Below, one piece after another: positions 12,604 through 24,800 of a stretch of 64,000 bases of DNA. The notes under the pieces were generated by a model, which had not been told where the DNA came from, did not search any database, and was given only the letters and a program-made list of their open reading frames with translations. The position numbers were made by a program, and so were the translations under genes. The stretch's first letter is position 1, and each line of letters starts with the position of its first letter. Source of the stretch: Cyanophora paradoxa CCMP329 (taxonomy: Eukaryota; Plantae; Glaucophyta); assembly GCA_004431415.1 (NCBI GenBank), contig QPMI01000588.1, positions 186,001 through 250,000 of the forward strand. Direction: 5' to 3'.

Positions 12604-13054
12604 TTCAAGGGTCGCTGGACTTCCAGGCTCTGCCCGCGCCGCGCGCCTCGCCGCGCCGCCTCGCATAAGCTTAGAGAGATCTGGGACGAGCTTTCCGGGC
12701 GACCGCCACTTGTGGCGTGCTACGCTGCACACTTCGGCCGCGTCGCCTCTGGGCGGGCTGATTGTGCTTCGGAAGTGACTCTAGTGTCCCTCGCGGGCTT
12801 CGGTGCATCCCCAGACCGAAGCGCACGCACGAGCTCTCGCGAGAGTCTCAATCATTGTCTGTGTCCCTTCGCCGGTTGCACGCTTCGCGTCGCAAACTGT
12901 GCCCCGGAGTCTGCCAGCGGCAGTTCTCTGAGTGTCCCTGAGTCGGTTCTCGCACGCCACGAGAAGACCGTGTCCCGGATCTGCAGTGCGCTGCAGATCA
13001 AATCTTGTGCCCTGGCATTCTGTTCTCGTGGCTATACGCTGCAAAGAGAGCAAT

Positions 13055-13862
13055 ATGTCGAACACTTCTGAACTGATCAGTTCTGAAGTCCGTAGCCAGC
13101 TGTCCGCACTTGCGCACGTTGAGCCTGCGAAGGCCGAACTTGCTGTGCAGCTCGCTGGCACCGCCGCTGCGGCGGAGGATGATCCCGCGCGGATCGCCTT
13201 CCTCCCCGCGAAGCCGCGCCTCGCCGACGGTGACCGGTTCCGGAAGGATGTCCGGAACTTCCAGTCGGCTCAGCCGACGAAGTATCTCTTTGGCCCGGAC
13301 ACTGCCGGCGGCCAGGAGTATACTAAGTCTGAGGCGCTTGCCGGAGTGATCGTCGGCGCATCCGCCCCGGCGCCCTCCGCGCCGAGATTGAGCGTAAGCG
13401 CGACCTCTATGAGGCCTCTATTGCTGGCCTGGAGCGTGACCGCGCCCTGCTCGCTCGTCTCGAACTTGTCCCGGCTGATCTGCGGACTGCCGAGGATGAG
13501 GCTGCAATCTTGGCGCTGCAGCAGAGCTGCGCGCGCGATCATGCCACTATCGTGGCCGTGCGTGACTCGTACTTGCGTGCCCCCGGGCTCCTCGCGACGA
13601 TCACGGCATGGATCCATGAGACGCGCCCGCACGCGGCCCGCCGGGCTCTCACTGAGCCCTACACGGGCGAGGATCCGCGCTCATGGCATGACTGGTTCAT
13701 GCCCCTAGTGCAGCACACGCTGCCCCAGGGCCAGCGCCTCGCCGTGTACTATGCGGAGTGTCTGCGCACTGCGCTCGAGGCCCGCTCGACGAGCGAGGAC
13801 CCGGAATATCAGAACCTCGATGTTCGGATGGCCGGGTTCGCCCAGGCGAACGAGCGCACTCT
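13055..13862 (+). pseudogene. gag: gag-like ORF of element A, 5' part (one frameshift at ~13360; interrupted by the CACTG element)
   Basis: Homologous to element B gag (YTGEDPRSWHDW vs YTGEDPLTWVNW). Removing the insertion and one TCT joins ...QANERT to LRAFLAALQQR... in frame. Confidence 0.75.
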
Positions 13863-13939
13863 CACTGGGAGCCAGAAATTAAGTTTACCATATGGTAAAC
13901 TTAGGGGGTGGTAAAGGTGTGCCGTTTGCGTTACCGCAC

Positions 13940-14062
13940 GGTAAAGTCAGGGTGGTAAAGTCAGGGTGGTAAAGTTGGGGTGGTAAAGTCAGGGTGGTAA
14001 AGTTGGGGTGGTAAAGTCAGGGTGGTAAAGTCAGGGTGGTAAAGTCAGGGTGGTAAAGTCAG
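13940..14062 (+). repeat. Subterminal 14-bp tandem repeat (GGTAAAGTCAGGGT) x~9
   Basis: Shares the TGGTAAA core with the palindrome inside the TIR and with two copies at ~44697-44728. Typical of CACTA subterminal binding motifs. Confidence 0.85.
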
Positions 14063-14323
14063 AGGGGTGAACTCGCAGCGTTACATCCCGGATCCCGCTG
14101 CTTTCCCATATCCATGCCAGCGCTGGTTTTCCGTGCATGCTGATATTACATGCATTTTACAACTTCCTCTCTATATATATATATAGCTAGCTATAGCTAC
14201 TGCAGAGCTAGCTATAGCTCGCGACGCATCGCTGCAGCGCCTGTAGCTAGCAAAAGGCACGACACACAGCTGGACCTGTACATGTGGGTTTGCAAAGGCA
14301 ATGGCCATGGTCCGATCGACGGT

Positions 14324-16690
14324 CAGCAGGGCCGGCCAATCGCAAATAGCGCGCTATCGGAAAGGAAGGGTGCACCGACCTCGAGATCTTCGATTCTAGA
14401 TGAAAACGCTCTTGGCAGCTCTGCGGGAGACAACGCAGGCTGCAGTCAGCTGCAGATCGATGAAAATGAAGATCGGAAAGCGCAATCCAACGCCTAAGCT
14501 TAAGAGCCCAGCCGGCAGCCCTGCCTGCTCGCTCACCTTCGAGCAGCAAGGCCGCCGGCAGACCCCACTGCTTGCTCACTTCAAGCAGCAGGGCCGGCCA
14601 ATCGCAAATACTATGATAGCCCGCTATCGGAAAGGAAGGGTGCACGGACCTCGAGATCTTCTCGATTCTAGATGAAAACACTCTTGACAGCTCTGCGGGA
14701 GACAACGCAGGCTGCAGTCAGCTGCAGATCGATGAAAATGAAGATCGGAAAGCGCAATCCAACGCCTAAGCTTAAGAGCCCAGCCGGCAGCCCTGCCTGC
14801 TCGCTCACCTTCGAGCAGCAAGGCCGCCGGCAGACCCCACTGCTTGCTCACTTCAAGCAGCAGGGCCGGCCAATCGCAAATAGCGCGCTATCCCGCTCTC
14901 GGAAAGGAAGGGTGCACGAACCTCGAGATCTTCTCGATTCTAGATGAAAACACTCTTGACAGCTCTGCGGGAGACAACGCAGGCTGCAGTCAGCTGCAGA
15001 TCGATGAAAATGAAGATCGGAAAGCGCAATCCAACGCCTAAGCTTAAGAGCCCAGCCGGCAGCCCTGCCTGCTCGCTCACCTTCGAGCAGCAAGGCCGCC
15101 GGCAGACCCCACTGCTTGCTCACCTTCAAGCAGCAGGGCCAGCCAATTGCAAACAGCCCGCTATCGGAAAGGAAGGGTGCACGGACCTCGAGATCTTCGA
15201 TTCTAGATGAAAACGCTCTTGACAGCTCTGCGGGAGACAACACAGGCTGCAGTCAGCTGCAGATTGATGAAAATGAAGATCGGAAAGCGCAATCCAACGC
15301 CTAAGCTTAAGAGCCCAGCCGGCAGCCCTGCCTGCTCGCTCACCTTCGAGCAGCAAGGCCGCCGGCAGACCCCACTGCTTGCTCACCTTCGAGCAGCAGG
15401 GCCGGCCAATTGCAAACAGCGCGCTATCGGAAAGGAAGGGTGCACGGACCTCGAGATCTTCGATTCTAGATGAAAACGCTCTTGACAGCTCTGCGGGAGA
15501 CCACACAGGCTGCAGTCAGCTACAGATTGATGAAAATGAAGATCGGAAAGCGCAATCCAACGCCTAAGCTTAAGAGCCCAGCCGGCAGCCCTGCCTGCTC
15601 GCTCACCTTCGAGCAGCAAGGCCGCCGGCAGACCCCACTGCTTGCTCACCTTCAAGCAGCAGGGCCGGCCAATTGCAAACAGCGCGCTATCAGAAAGGAA
15701 GGGTGCACGGACCTCGAGATCTTCGATTCTAGATGAAAACGCTCTTGACAGCTCTGCGGGAGACAACGCAGGCTGCAGTCAGCTGCAGATCGATGAGAAT
15801 GAAGATCGGAAAGTGCAATCCAACGCCTAAGCTTAAGAGCCCAGCCGGCAGCCCTGCCTGCTCGCTCACCTTCGAGCAGCAAGGCCGCCGGCAGACCCCA
15901 CTGCTTGCTCACTTCAAGCAGCAGGGCCGGCCAATCGCAAATAGCGCGCTATCGGAAAGGAAGGGTGCACGGACCTCGAGATCTTCGATTCTAGATGAAA
16001 ACACTCTTGACAGCTCTGCGGGAGACAACGCAGGCTGCAGTCAGCTGCAGATCGATGAAAATGAAGATCGGAAAGCGCAATCCAACGCCTAAGCTTAAGA
16101 GCCCAGCCGGCAGCCCCACCTGCAGCTGCTCGCTCACCTTCGAGCAGCAAGGCCGGCGGCAGACCCCACTGCTTGCTCACCTTCAAGCAGCAGGGCCGGC
16201 CGATCGCAAATAGCGCGCTAGCACTATCGAAAATGAAGGGTGCACGGACCTCGAGATCTTCGATTCGAAAATTCTAGATGAAAACGCTCTTGACAGCTCT
16301 GCGGGAGACAACACAGGCTGCAGTCAGCTGCAGATCGATGAAAATGAAGATCGGAAAGCGCAATCCAACGCCTAAGCTTAAGAGCCCAGCCGGCAGCCCC
16401 ACCTGCAGCTGCTCGCTCACCTTCGAGCAGCAAGGCCGGCGGCAGACCCCACTGCTTGCTCACCTTCAAGCAGCAGGGCCGGCCGATCGCAAATAGCGCG
16501 CTAGCACTATCGAAAATGAAGGGTGCACGGACCTCGAGATCTTCGATTCGAAAATTCTAGATGAAAACGCTCTTGACAGCTCTGCGGGAGACAACACAGG
16601 CTGCAGTCAGCTGCAGATCGTTGAGAATGATCATGATCATGATCACTGAGTCATGAGGCCCTGAGGATCGGAAAGTGCAATCCAACGCCT
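14324..16690 (+). repeat. Tandem array, ~263-bp unit x~9, decaying to ~16960
   Basis: The unit start CAGCAGGGCC recurs at ~14324, 14586, 14858, 15131, 15394, 15657, 15919, 16188 and 16471. Confidence 0.95.
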
Positions 16691-17689
16691 AGGCCTACAG
16701 CGCGGGCCCATGGCCAGCCGCGGCCGGCAGCCCCGCCTGCTCGCTCACCTTCGAGCAGCAAGGCCGCCGGCACACCCCGGCCCAGTGCGCTCGCTCATGA
16801 TCACCTTCATGATCAAGCAGCAGCTGCAGGGCCCGGGGCCGCGCGCGCGCGACTGGCGCTTCGCTGGCGAAAAGCTTACGAAGTTAACGTTAAGGCCTAG
16901 GCCTAGGCCTAGGGCGCACCGTGGCACGGACCTCATCGAATGCTCATGATGGCTCTTGATCTGCAGGAGATGACACACAAGCAGCGGTCAGACAGCAGTA
17001 GACGCGCACGGCAGAAGCGCACCATGCATATGACCGTCGGACATTCAAACACCAACGTTCACGTTGGTGCCGCAATCACTCGATGTTGCCGAAGTCTAGC
17101 TTATCATTGCTGATTCGTTTGAGGTTCTTCCGGAGCGGCAGCACAGCCAGCACGTCGCCACGCAGGGACGAGTACTGTACGTAGTACTGCGGTACCCCCC
17201 TGGCCCGCAGCTTGCTCATCACCTCATCTCTTCGCCATCTCTTCTCTCAACGATGTCAATGCGCTTGGACGGCCTTCTTAGCGTCAGGCGTAGGCCACGA
17301 GCTGGCGGGCTCGCCAGCAGCGGAAGGGGCGGCTCCGCTGCAGATCGGCGGCCGCGGGCCTCGCAACTGCAAGGTGCATGGAGCTCCTCGCTGCTCCCCT
17401 GTCCCGCCTGACTCGCGATCGTAAGCCGATGCAGGTCGCGAGGGTTGCTTCCCGCCTGACTCGTAAGCCGAAGGCGGGTGCGGCTGCGCTGCACTGCGCC
17501 GGGCCTGTTGCTTCGACGCCGAGCGCGCTCGGAGAGGTGCATGGAGCCTCCGCGCTGCCCTCCCGCGGCCGGCTCGTCTGACGCGAGGGAGCTGCAGTGG
17601 ATCCGGCCGCGGACGCGGGCGCGGCTGCGCTGCACTGCGTCCGCGGCGGGCCTGTTGCTTCAAGGGCGAGCATGCTGTGCGAGGTGTTG

Positions 17690-20600
17690 AGCCTCTTCGC
17701 TGCGACACCAGCCCGCCTGGCTCAGAATTCGTCGCAGATCGCGTGCACGTGCTGGCGGGCTTGAGGGCGGGCGCGGGTCCGTTTCACTGAGGCGGGCCTG
17801 GTTGTTCGAGGCCGGACGCGGCCCGCGAGGTGCACTGAGCCTCTACGCTGCGCCGCCGGCCCGCCCGGCTCAGAATTCGTCGCAGGTCGCGTGCTGGCGG
17901 GCTTGAGGGCGGGCGCAGCTCCGTTTCACCGAGGCGGGCCTGGTTCTTCGAGGGCGGACGCGGCCCGCGAGGTGCACTGAGCCTCTTCGCTGCGCCGCCG
18001 GCCCGCCCGGCTCAGAATTCGTCGCAGGTCGCGTGCTGGCGGGCTTGAGGGCGGGCGCGGGTCCGTTTCACTGAGGCGGGCCTGGTTCTTCGAGGGCGGA
18101 CGCGGCCCGCGAGGTGCACTGAGCCTCTTCGCTGCGCCACCAGCCCGCCTGGCTCAGAATTCGTTGCAGATCGCGTGCACGTGCTGGCGGGCTTGAGGGC
18201 GGGCGCGGGTCCGTTTCACTGAGGCGGGCCTGGTTCTTCGAGGCCGGACGCGGCCTGCGAGGTGAACTGAGCCTCTTCGCTGCGCCGCCGGCCCGCCCGG
18301 CTCAGAATTCGTCGCAGGTCGCGTGCTGGCGGGCTTGAGGGAGGGCGCAGCTCCGTTTCACTGAGGTGGGCCTGGTTCTTCCGAGGGCGGACGCGGCCCG
18401 CGAGGTGCACTGAGCCTCTTCGCTGCGCCGCCGGCCCGCCCGGCTCAGAATTCGTCGCAGGTCGCGTGCTGGCGGGCTTGAGGGCGGGCGCGGCTCCGTT
18501 TCACCGAGGCGGGCCTGGTTCTTCGAGGGTGGACGCGGCCCGCGAGGTGAACTGAGCCTCTTCGCTGCGCCGCCGGCCCGCCCGGCTCAGAATTCGTCGC
18601 AGGTCGCGTGCTGGCGGGCTTGAGGGCGGGCGCGGGTCCGTTTCACTGCGGCGGGCCTGGTTCTTCGAGGCCGGACGCGGCCCGCGAGGTGCACTGAGCC
18701 TCTTCGCTGCGCCACCAGCCCGCCTGGCTCAGAATTCGTCGCAGGTCGCGTGCTGGCGGGCTTGAGGGCGGGCGCAGCTCCGTTTCACCGAGGTGGGCCT
18801 GGTTCTTCGAGGGCGGACGCGGCCCGCGAGGTGCACTGAGCCTCTTCGCTGCGCCGCCGGCCGGCCCGGCTCAGAATTCGTCGCAGGTCTCGTGCTGGCG
18901 GGCTTGAGGGCGGGCGCAGCTCCGTTTCACCGAGGCGGGCCTGGTTCTTCGAGGGCGGACGCGGCCCGCGAGGTGAACTGAGCCTCTTCGCTGCGCCGCC
19001 GGCCCGCCCGGCTCAGAATTCGTCGCAGGTCGCGTGCTGGCGGGCTTGAGGGCGGGCGCAGCTCCGTTTCACCGAGGTGGGCCTGGTTCTTCGAGGGTGG
19101 GCGCAGCTCGCGAGGTGCACTGAGCCTCTTCGCTGCGCCGCCGGCCCGCCTGGCTCAGAATTCGTCGCAGGTCGCGTGCTGGCGGGCTTGAGGGCGGGCG
19201 CGGGTCCGTTTCACCGAGGCGGGCCTGGTTCTTCGAGGGTGGGCGCAGCTCGCGAGGTGCACTGAGCCTCTTCGCTGCGCCACCAGCCCGCCTGGCTCAG
19301 AATTCGTCGCAGGTCGCGTGCTGGCGGGCTTGAGGGCGGGCGCGGGTCCGTTTCACTGAGGCGGGCCTGGTTCTTCGAGGGTGGACGCGGCCCGCGAGGT
19401 GCACTGAGCCTCTTCGCTGCGCCACCAGCCCGCCCGGCTCAGAATTCGTCGCAGGTCGCGTGCTGGCGGGCTTGAGGGCGGGCGCAGCTCCGTTTCACCG
19501 AGGCGGGCCTGGGTCTTCGAGGGTGGACGCGGCCCGCGAGGTGAACTGAGCCTCTTCGCTGCGCCGCCGGCCCGCCCGGCTCAGAATTCGTCGCAGGTCG
19601 CGTGCTGGCGGGCTTGAGGGCGGGCGCGGGTCCGTTTCACTGAGGTGGGCCTGGTTCTTCGAGGGTGGGCGCAGCTCGCGAGGTGCACTGAGCCTCTTCG
19701 CTGCGCCGCCGGCCCGCCGGGCTCAGAATTCGTCGCAGGTCGCGTGCTGGCGGGCTTGAGGGCGGGCGCAGCTCCGTTTCACCGAGGCGGGCCTGGTTCT
19801 TCGAGGGTGGACGCGGCCCGCGAGGTGCACTGAGCCTCTTCGCTGCGCCGCCGGCCCGCCCGGCTCAGAATTCGTCGCAGGTCGCGTGCTGGCGGGCTTG
19901 AGGGCGGGCGCGGGTCCGTTTCACTGAGGCGGGCCTGGTTGTTCGAGGTTGGGTGCAGCCCGCGAGGTGCACTGAGCCTTTTCGCTGCGCCACCAGCCCG
20001 CCTGGCTCAGAATTCGTCGCAGGTCGCGTGCTGGCGGGCTTGAGGGCGGGCGCAGCTCCGTTTCACTGAGGCGGGCCTGGTTCTTCGAGGGTGGACGCGG
20101 CCCGCGAGGTGCACTGAGCCTCTTCGCTGCGCCACCAGCCCGCCTGGCTCAGAATTCGTCGCAGGTCGCGTGCTGGCGGGCTTGAGGGCGGGCGCGGGTC
20201 CGTTTCACTGAGGCGGGCCTGGTTCTTCGAGGCCGGACGCGGCCCGCGAGGTGCACTGAGCCTCTTCGCTGCGCCGCCGGCCCGCCTGGCTCAGAATTCG
20301 TCGCAGGTCGCGTGCTGGCGGGCTTGAGGGCGGGCGCGGCTCCGTTTCACTGAGGCGGGCCTGGTTCTTCGAGGGCGGATGCAGCCCGCGAGGCGCACTG
20401 AGCCTTTTCGCTGCGCCGCCGGCCTGCCCGGCTCAGAATTCGTCGCAGGTCGCGTGCTGGCGGGCTTGAGGGCGGGCGCGGGTCCGTTTCACCGAGGTGG
20501 GCCTGGTTCTTCGAGGGTGGACGCGGCCCGCGAGGTGAACTGAGCCTCTTCGCTGCGCCGCCGGCCCGCCCGGCTCAGAATTCGTCGCAGGTCACGTGCT

Positions 20601-20830
20601 GGCGGGCTTGAGGGCGGGCGCGGGTCTGTTTCACTGAGGTGGGCCTGGTTCTTCGAGGGCGGACGCAGCTCGCGAGGTGCACTGAGCCTCTTCGCTGCGC
20701 CGCCGGCCCGCCCGGCTCAGAATTCGTCGCAGGTCACGTGCTGGCGGGCTTGAGGGTGGGCGCGGCTCCGTTTCACTGAGGCGGACCTGTTGCTTCGAGG
20801 GCGGATGCGGCCCGCGAGGTGCACTGAGCT
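17690..20830 (+). repeat. Tandem array, 142-bp unit x~22, preceded by diverged units from ~17370
   Basis: GGCTCAGAATTCGTCGCAGGTCGCGTGCTGG recurs every 142 bp. Confidence 0.95.
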
Positions 20831-21184
20831 TCTTCATGCCGAGGCCGGGTGCAGATAAGGGCTCGAGCTGTTTATATATAGCTGTAGAGAATAAGGGCAC
20901 TTGCACTCGGGATCAGTCACAGCTAGTGCTTGCAATTGAAGCCATGGAGGTCCAAGGCCTTAGGCTTAAAAGTCATGATGGATATGGGCTTTCATTTTGA
21001 TGATGGGCTTCATTCATGATCAAAGTCTCGGATACGAGGAGGAGGCCCTGAGGCCCTGCAGCTTCAGGTGAGGCTTCATGATAATTATGACAGGGTCATG
21101 CACTGATCACGAGTCGGCGTCAGTGAGCTTCAAGGCCATGCCAGGTTGTGGCCTTATAATTAATTATAATGACGAGCTCGTGAT

Positions 21185-21790
21185 CATGAGCATCATGATC
21201 AGACCCGGAGGACCTCGCGGCTAGGCTAGGCTGGCCCAGTGGAGGTCACCGGGTTACAGCTTCACTGCTTCATGATCATGATGTCGTTGGGCTTCGAGGC
21301 CCTGAGCTCGAGGCTTCTTCGCGGCTTCATGATCGTCGACGTTGGGGTATAACGGGGTCACTGTGTCAGCAAGCCTTGAAGAACGCTTCTGAGCCCTTGA
21401 AGGCCCTGTGGCCTTCATGACGGGCTCATGCATGATCATACTATGATAAGCATCATGATCAGGCCCGGCGGCCCGGAGGACCTCGCGGCTAGCTATAGGC
21501 TAGGCTGGAGGTTACGGCTTCACTGCTTCATGATCATGATGTCGTTGGGCTTTGAGGCCCTAATTTAATTTCACTAAAAAGTTATAAGGCTTCATGCATG
21601 ATCATCGTGGTATAACGGGATCACTGTGTCAGCAATTGCAAGCCTCGGAGACCGCTTCTGAGCCCTTGAAAGCCCGGCGGCCCTGTGGCCTCATGAGCAT
21701 CATGATCAGGCCCGGAGGAGCTCTTGGCGATCGCGAGGCTAGGCTGGAGGTTACGGCTTCGCTGCTTCATGGTCCTGCTTTGAGTTAGCC
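21185..21790 (+). repeat. Degenerate ~250-bp repeat x2-3, rich in TCATGA-type palindromic words
   Basis: GCATCATGATCAG.CCCGGAGGA...GGCTAGGCTGG...GGTTAC.GCTTC recurs at ~21190, ~21450 and ~21695. Confidence 0.7.
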
Positions 21791-21899
21791 GGGGCTGCTG
21801 AGCCCTCGGAGGCCCTGAGTACACTCGAAGCAATATATAGGCTGGCTATAGCATCGTTCGAATTCGAAAAGTTGGGATTCGAAGTCGGAATTCAAACAA

Positions 21900-24800
21900 A
21901 ACAAATCTCATGATCAGGGAGCCGGGCGCCGGTGTTGCATCAAGAGCTTATAATAACGATCTAATATAACGATCGAGTTCGCAATCGCGACCTGCAGCTG
22001 GCCATGGGCCAGCGACGAGCCGTGTTAATGCAACCATATGCATTGGTCAGGAGTCGCAGTCCTGCACGACCGGCCTTCGAATTCGGAAATCGGAATTCGA
22101 AAGTCGTTATCGATTCTTGAGCTTCACCCAATCTCATCATGAGCATGAGCTTTTTAACAATGGCCACGTCGCAAAGCTTAAGATTCCGAATCCGAAGTTC
22201 ATTTCAATGTGCGCGACGTCAACCCCGTGCACGCCCCGGCCTTTGTGGGCCCTGCACTGGTACGCACGCGGGCCCCACTTGCCCCACGCGGGCCCCGCAC
22301 TGTCCGCTGTGAATATGAGTGGTTCGCATGATTACTTGAAGATTTTCCCATGCCGCAGTGCATAACTTGGCTCGGCCTCCGCCGGATGCATTCCGCAGGA
22401 AACAAAGCTCATGATCAGGGAGCCGGGCGCCGGTGTTGCATCAAGAGCTTATAATAACGATCTAATATAACGATCGAGTTCGCAATCGCGACCTGCAGCT
22501 GGCCATGGGCCAGCGACGAGCCGTGTTAATGCAACCATATGCATTGGTCAGGAGTCGCAGTCCTGCACGACCGGCCTTCGAATTCGGAAATCGGAATTCG
22601 AAAGTCGTTATCGATTCTTGAGCTTCACCCAATCTCATCATGAGCATGAGCTTTTTAACAATGGCCACGTCGCAAAGCTTAAGATTCCGAATCCGAAGTT
22701 CATTTCAATGTGCGCGACGTCAACCCCGTACACGCCCCGGCCTTTGTGGGCCCTGCACTGGTACGCACGCGGGCCCCGCTGGCCCCACGCGGGCCCCGCA
22801 CTGTCCGCTGTGAATATGAGTGGTTCGCATGATTACTTGAAGAATTTCCCATGCCGCAGTGCATAACTTGGCTCGGCCTCCGCCGGATGCATTCCGCAGG
22901 AAACAAAGCTCATGATCAGGGAGCCGGGCGCCGGTGTTGCATCAAGAGCTTATAATAACGATTTATCTAACGATCGAGTTCGCAATCGCGACCTGCAGCT
23001 GGCCATGGGCCAGCGACGAGCCGTGTTAATGCAACCATATGCATTGGTCATGATCAGGAGTCGCAGTCCTGCACGACCGGCCTTCGAATTCGGAAATCGG
23101 AATTCGAAAGTCGTTATCGATTCTTGAGCTTCACCCAATCTCATCATGAGCATGAGCTTTTTAACAATGGCCACGTCGCAAAGCTTAAGATTCCGAATCC
23201 GAAGTTCATTTCAATGTGCGCGACGTCAACCCCGTACACGCCCCGGCCTTTGTGGGCCCTGCACTGGTACGCACGCGGGCCCCGCTGGCCCCACGCGGGC
23301 CCCGCACTGTCCGCTGTGAATATGAGTGGTTCGCATGATTACTTGAAGAATTCCCATGCCGCAGTGCATAACTTGGCTCGGCCTCCGCCGGATGCATTCC
23401 GCAGGAAACAAAGCTCATGATCAGGGAGCCGGGCGCCGGTGTTGCATCAAGAGCTTATAATAACGATTTATCTAACGATCGAGTTCGCAATCGCGACCTG
23501 CAGCTGGCCATGGGCCAGCGACGAGCCGTGTTAATGCAACCATATGCATTGGTCATGATCAGGAGTCGCAGTCCTGCACGACCGGCCTTCGAATTCGGAA
23601 ATCGGAATTCGAAAGTCGTTATCGATTCTTGAGCTTCACCCAATCTCATCATGAGCATGAGCTTTTTAACAATGGCCACGTCGCAAAGCTTAAGATTCCG
23701 AATCCGAAGTTCATTTCAATGTGCGCGACGTCAACCCCGTGCACGCCCCGGCCTTTGTGGGCCCTGCACTGGTACGCACGCGGGCCCCGCTGGCCCCACG
23801 CGGGCCCCGCACTGTCCGCTGTGAATATGAGTGGTTCGCATGATTACTTGAAGATTTTCCCATGCCGCAGTGCATAACTTGGCTCGGCCTCCGCCGGATG
23901 CATTCCGCAGGAAACAAAGCTCATGATCAGGGAGCCGGGCGCCGGTGTTGCATCAAGAGCTTATAATAACGATCTAATCTAACGATCGAGTTCGCAATCG
24001 CGACCTGCAGCTGGCCATGGGCCAGCGACGAGCCGTGTTAATGCAACCATATGCATTGGTCAGGAGTCGCAGTCCTGCACGACCGGCCTTCGAATTCGGA
24101 AATCGGAATTCGAAAGTCGTTATCGATTCTTGAGCTTCACCCAATCTCATCATGAGCATGAGCTTTTTAACAATGGCCACGTCGCAAAGCTTAAGATTCC
24201 GAATCCGAAGTTCATTTCAATGTGCGCGACGTCAACCCCGTGCACGCCACGGCCTTTGTGGGCCCTGCACTGGTACGCACGCGGGCCCCGCTGGCCCCAC
24301 GCGGGCCCCGCACTGTCCGCTGTGAATATGAGTGGTTCGCATGATTACTTGAAGAATTTCCCATGCCGCAGTGCATAACTTGGCTCGGCCTCCGCCGGAT
24401 GCATTCCGCAGGAAACAATGCTCATGATCAGGGAGCCGGGCGCCGGTGCTGCATCAAGAGCTTATAATAACGATCTAATCTAACGATCGAGTTCGCAATC
24501 GCGACCTGCAGCTGGCCATGGGCCAGCGACGAGCCGTGTTAATGCAACCATATGCATTGGTCAGGAGTCGCAGTCCTGCACGACCGGCCTTCGAATTCGG
24601 AAATCGGAATTCGAAAGTCGTTATTGATTCTTGAGCTTCACCCAATCTCATCATGAGCATGAGCTTTTTAACAATGGCCACGTCGCAAAGCTTAAGATTC
24701 CGAATCCGAAGTTCATTTCAATGTGCGCGACGTCAACGTTTTTAACCCCGTGCACGCCCCGGCCTTTGTGGGCCCTGCACTGGTACGCACGCGGGCCCCG

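Noticed and set aside
13940-14062. Telomeric repeat
   Set aside because: It is an internal 14-bp unit sharing its core with the adjacent TIR, so it fits transposon subterminal repeats.
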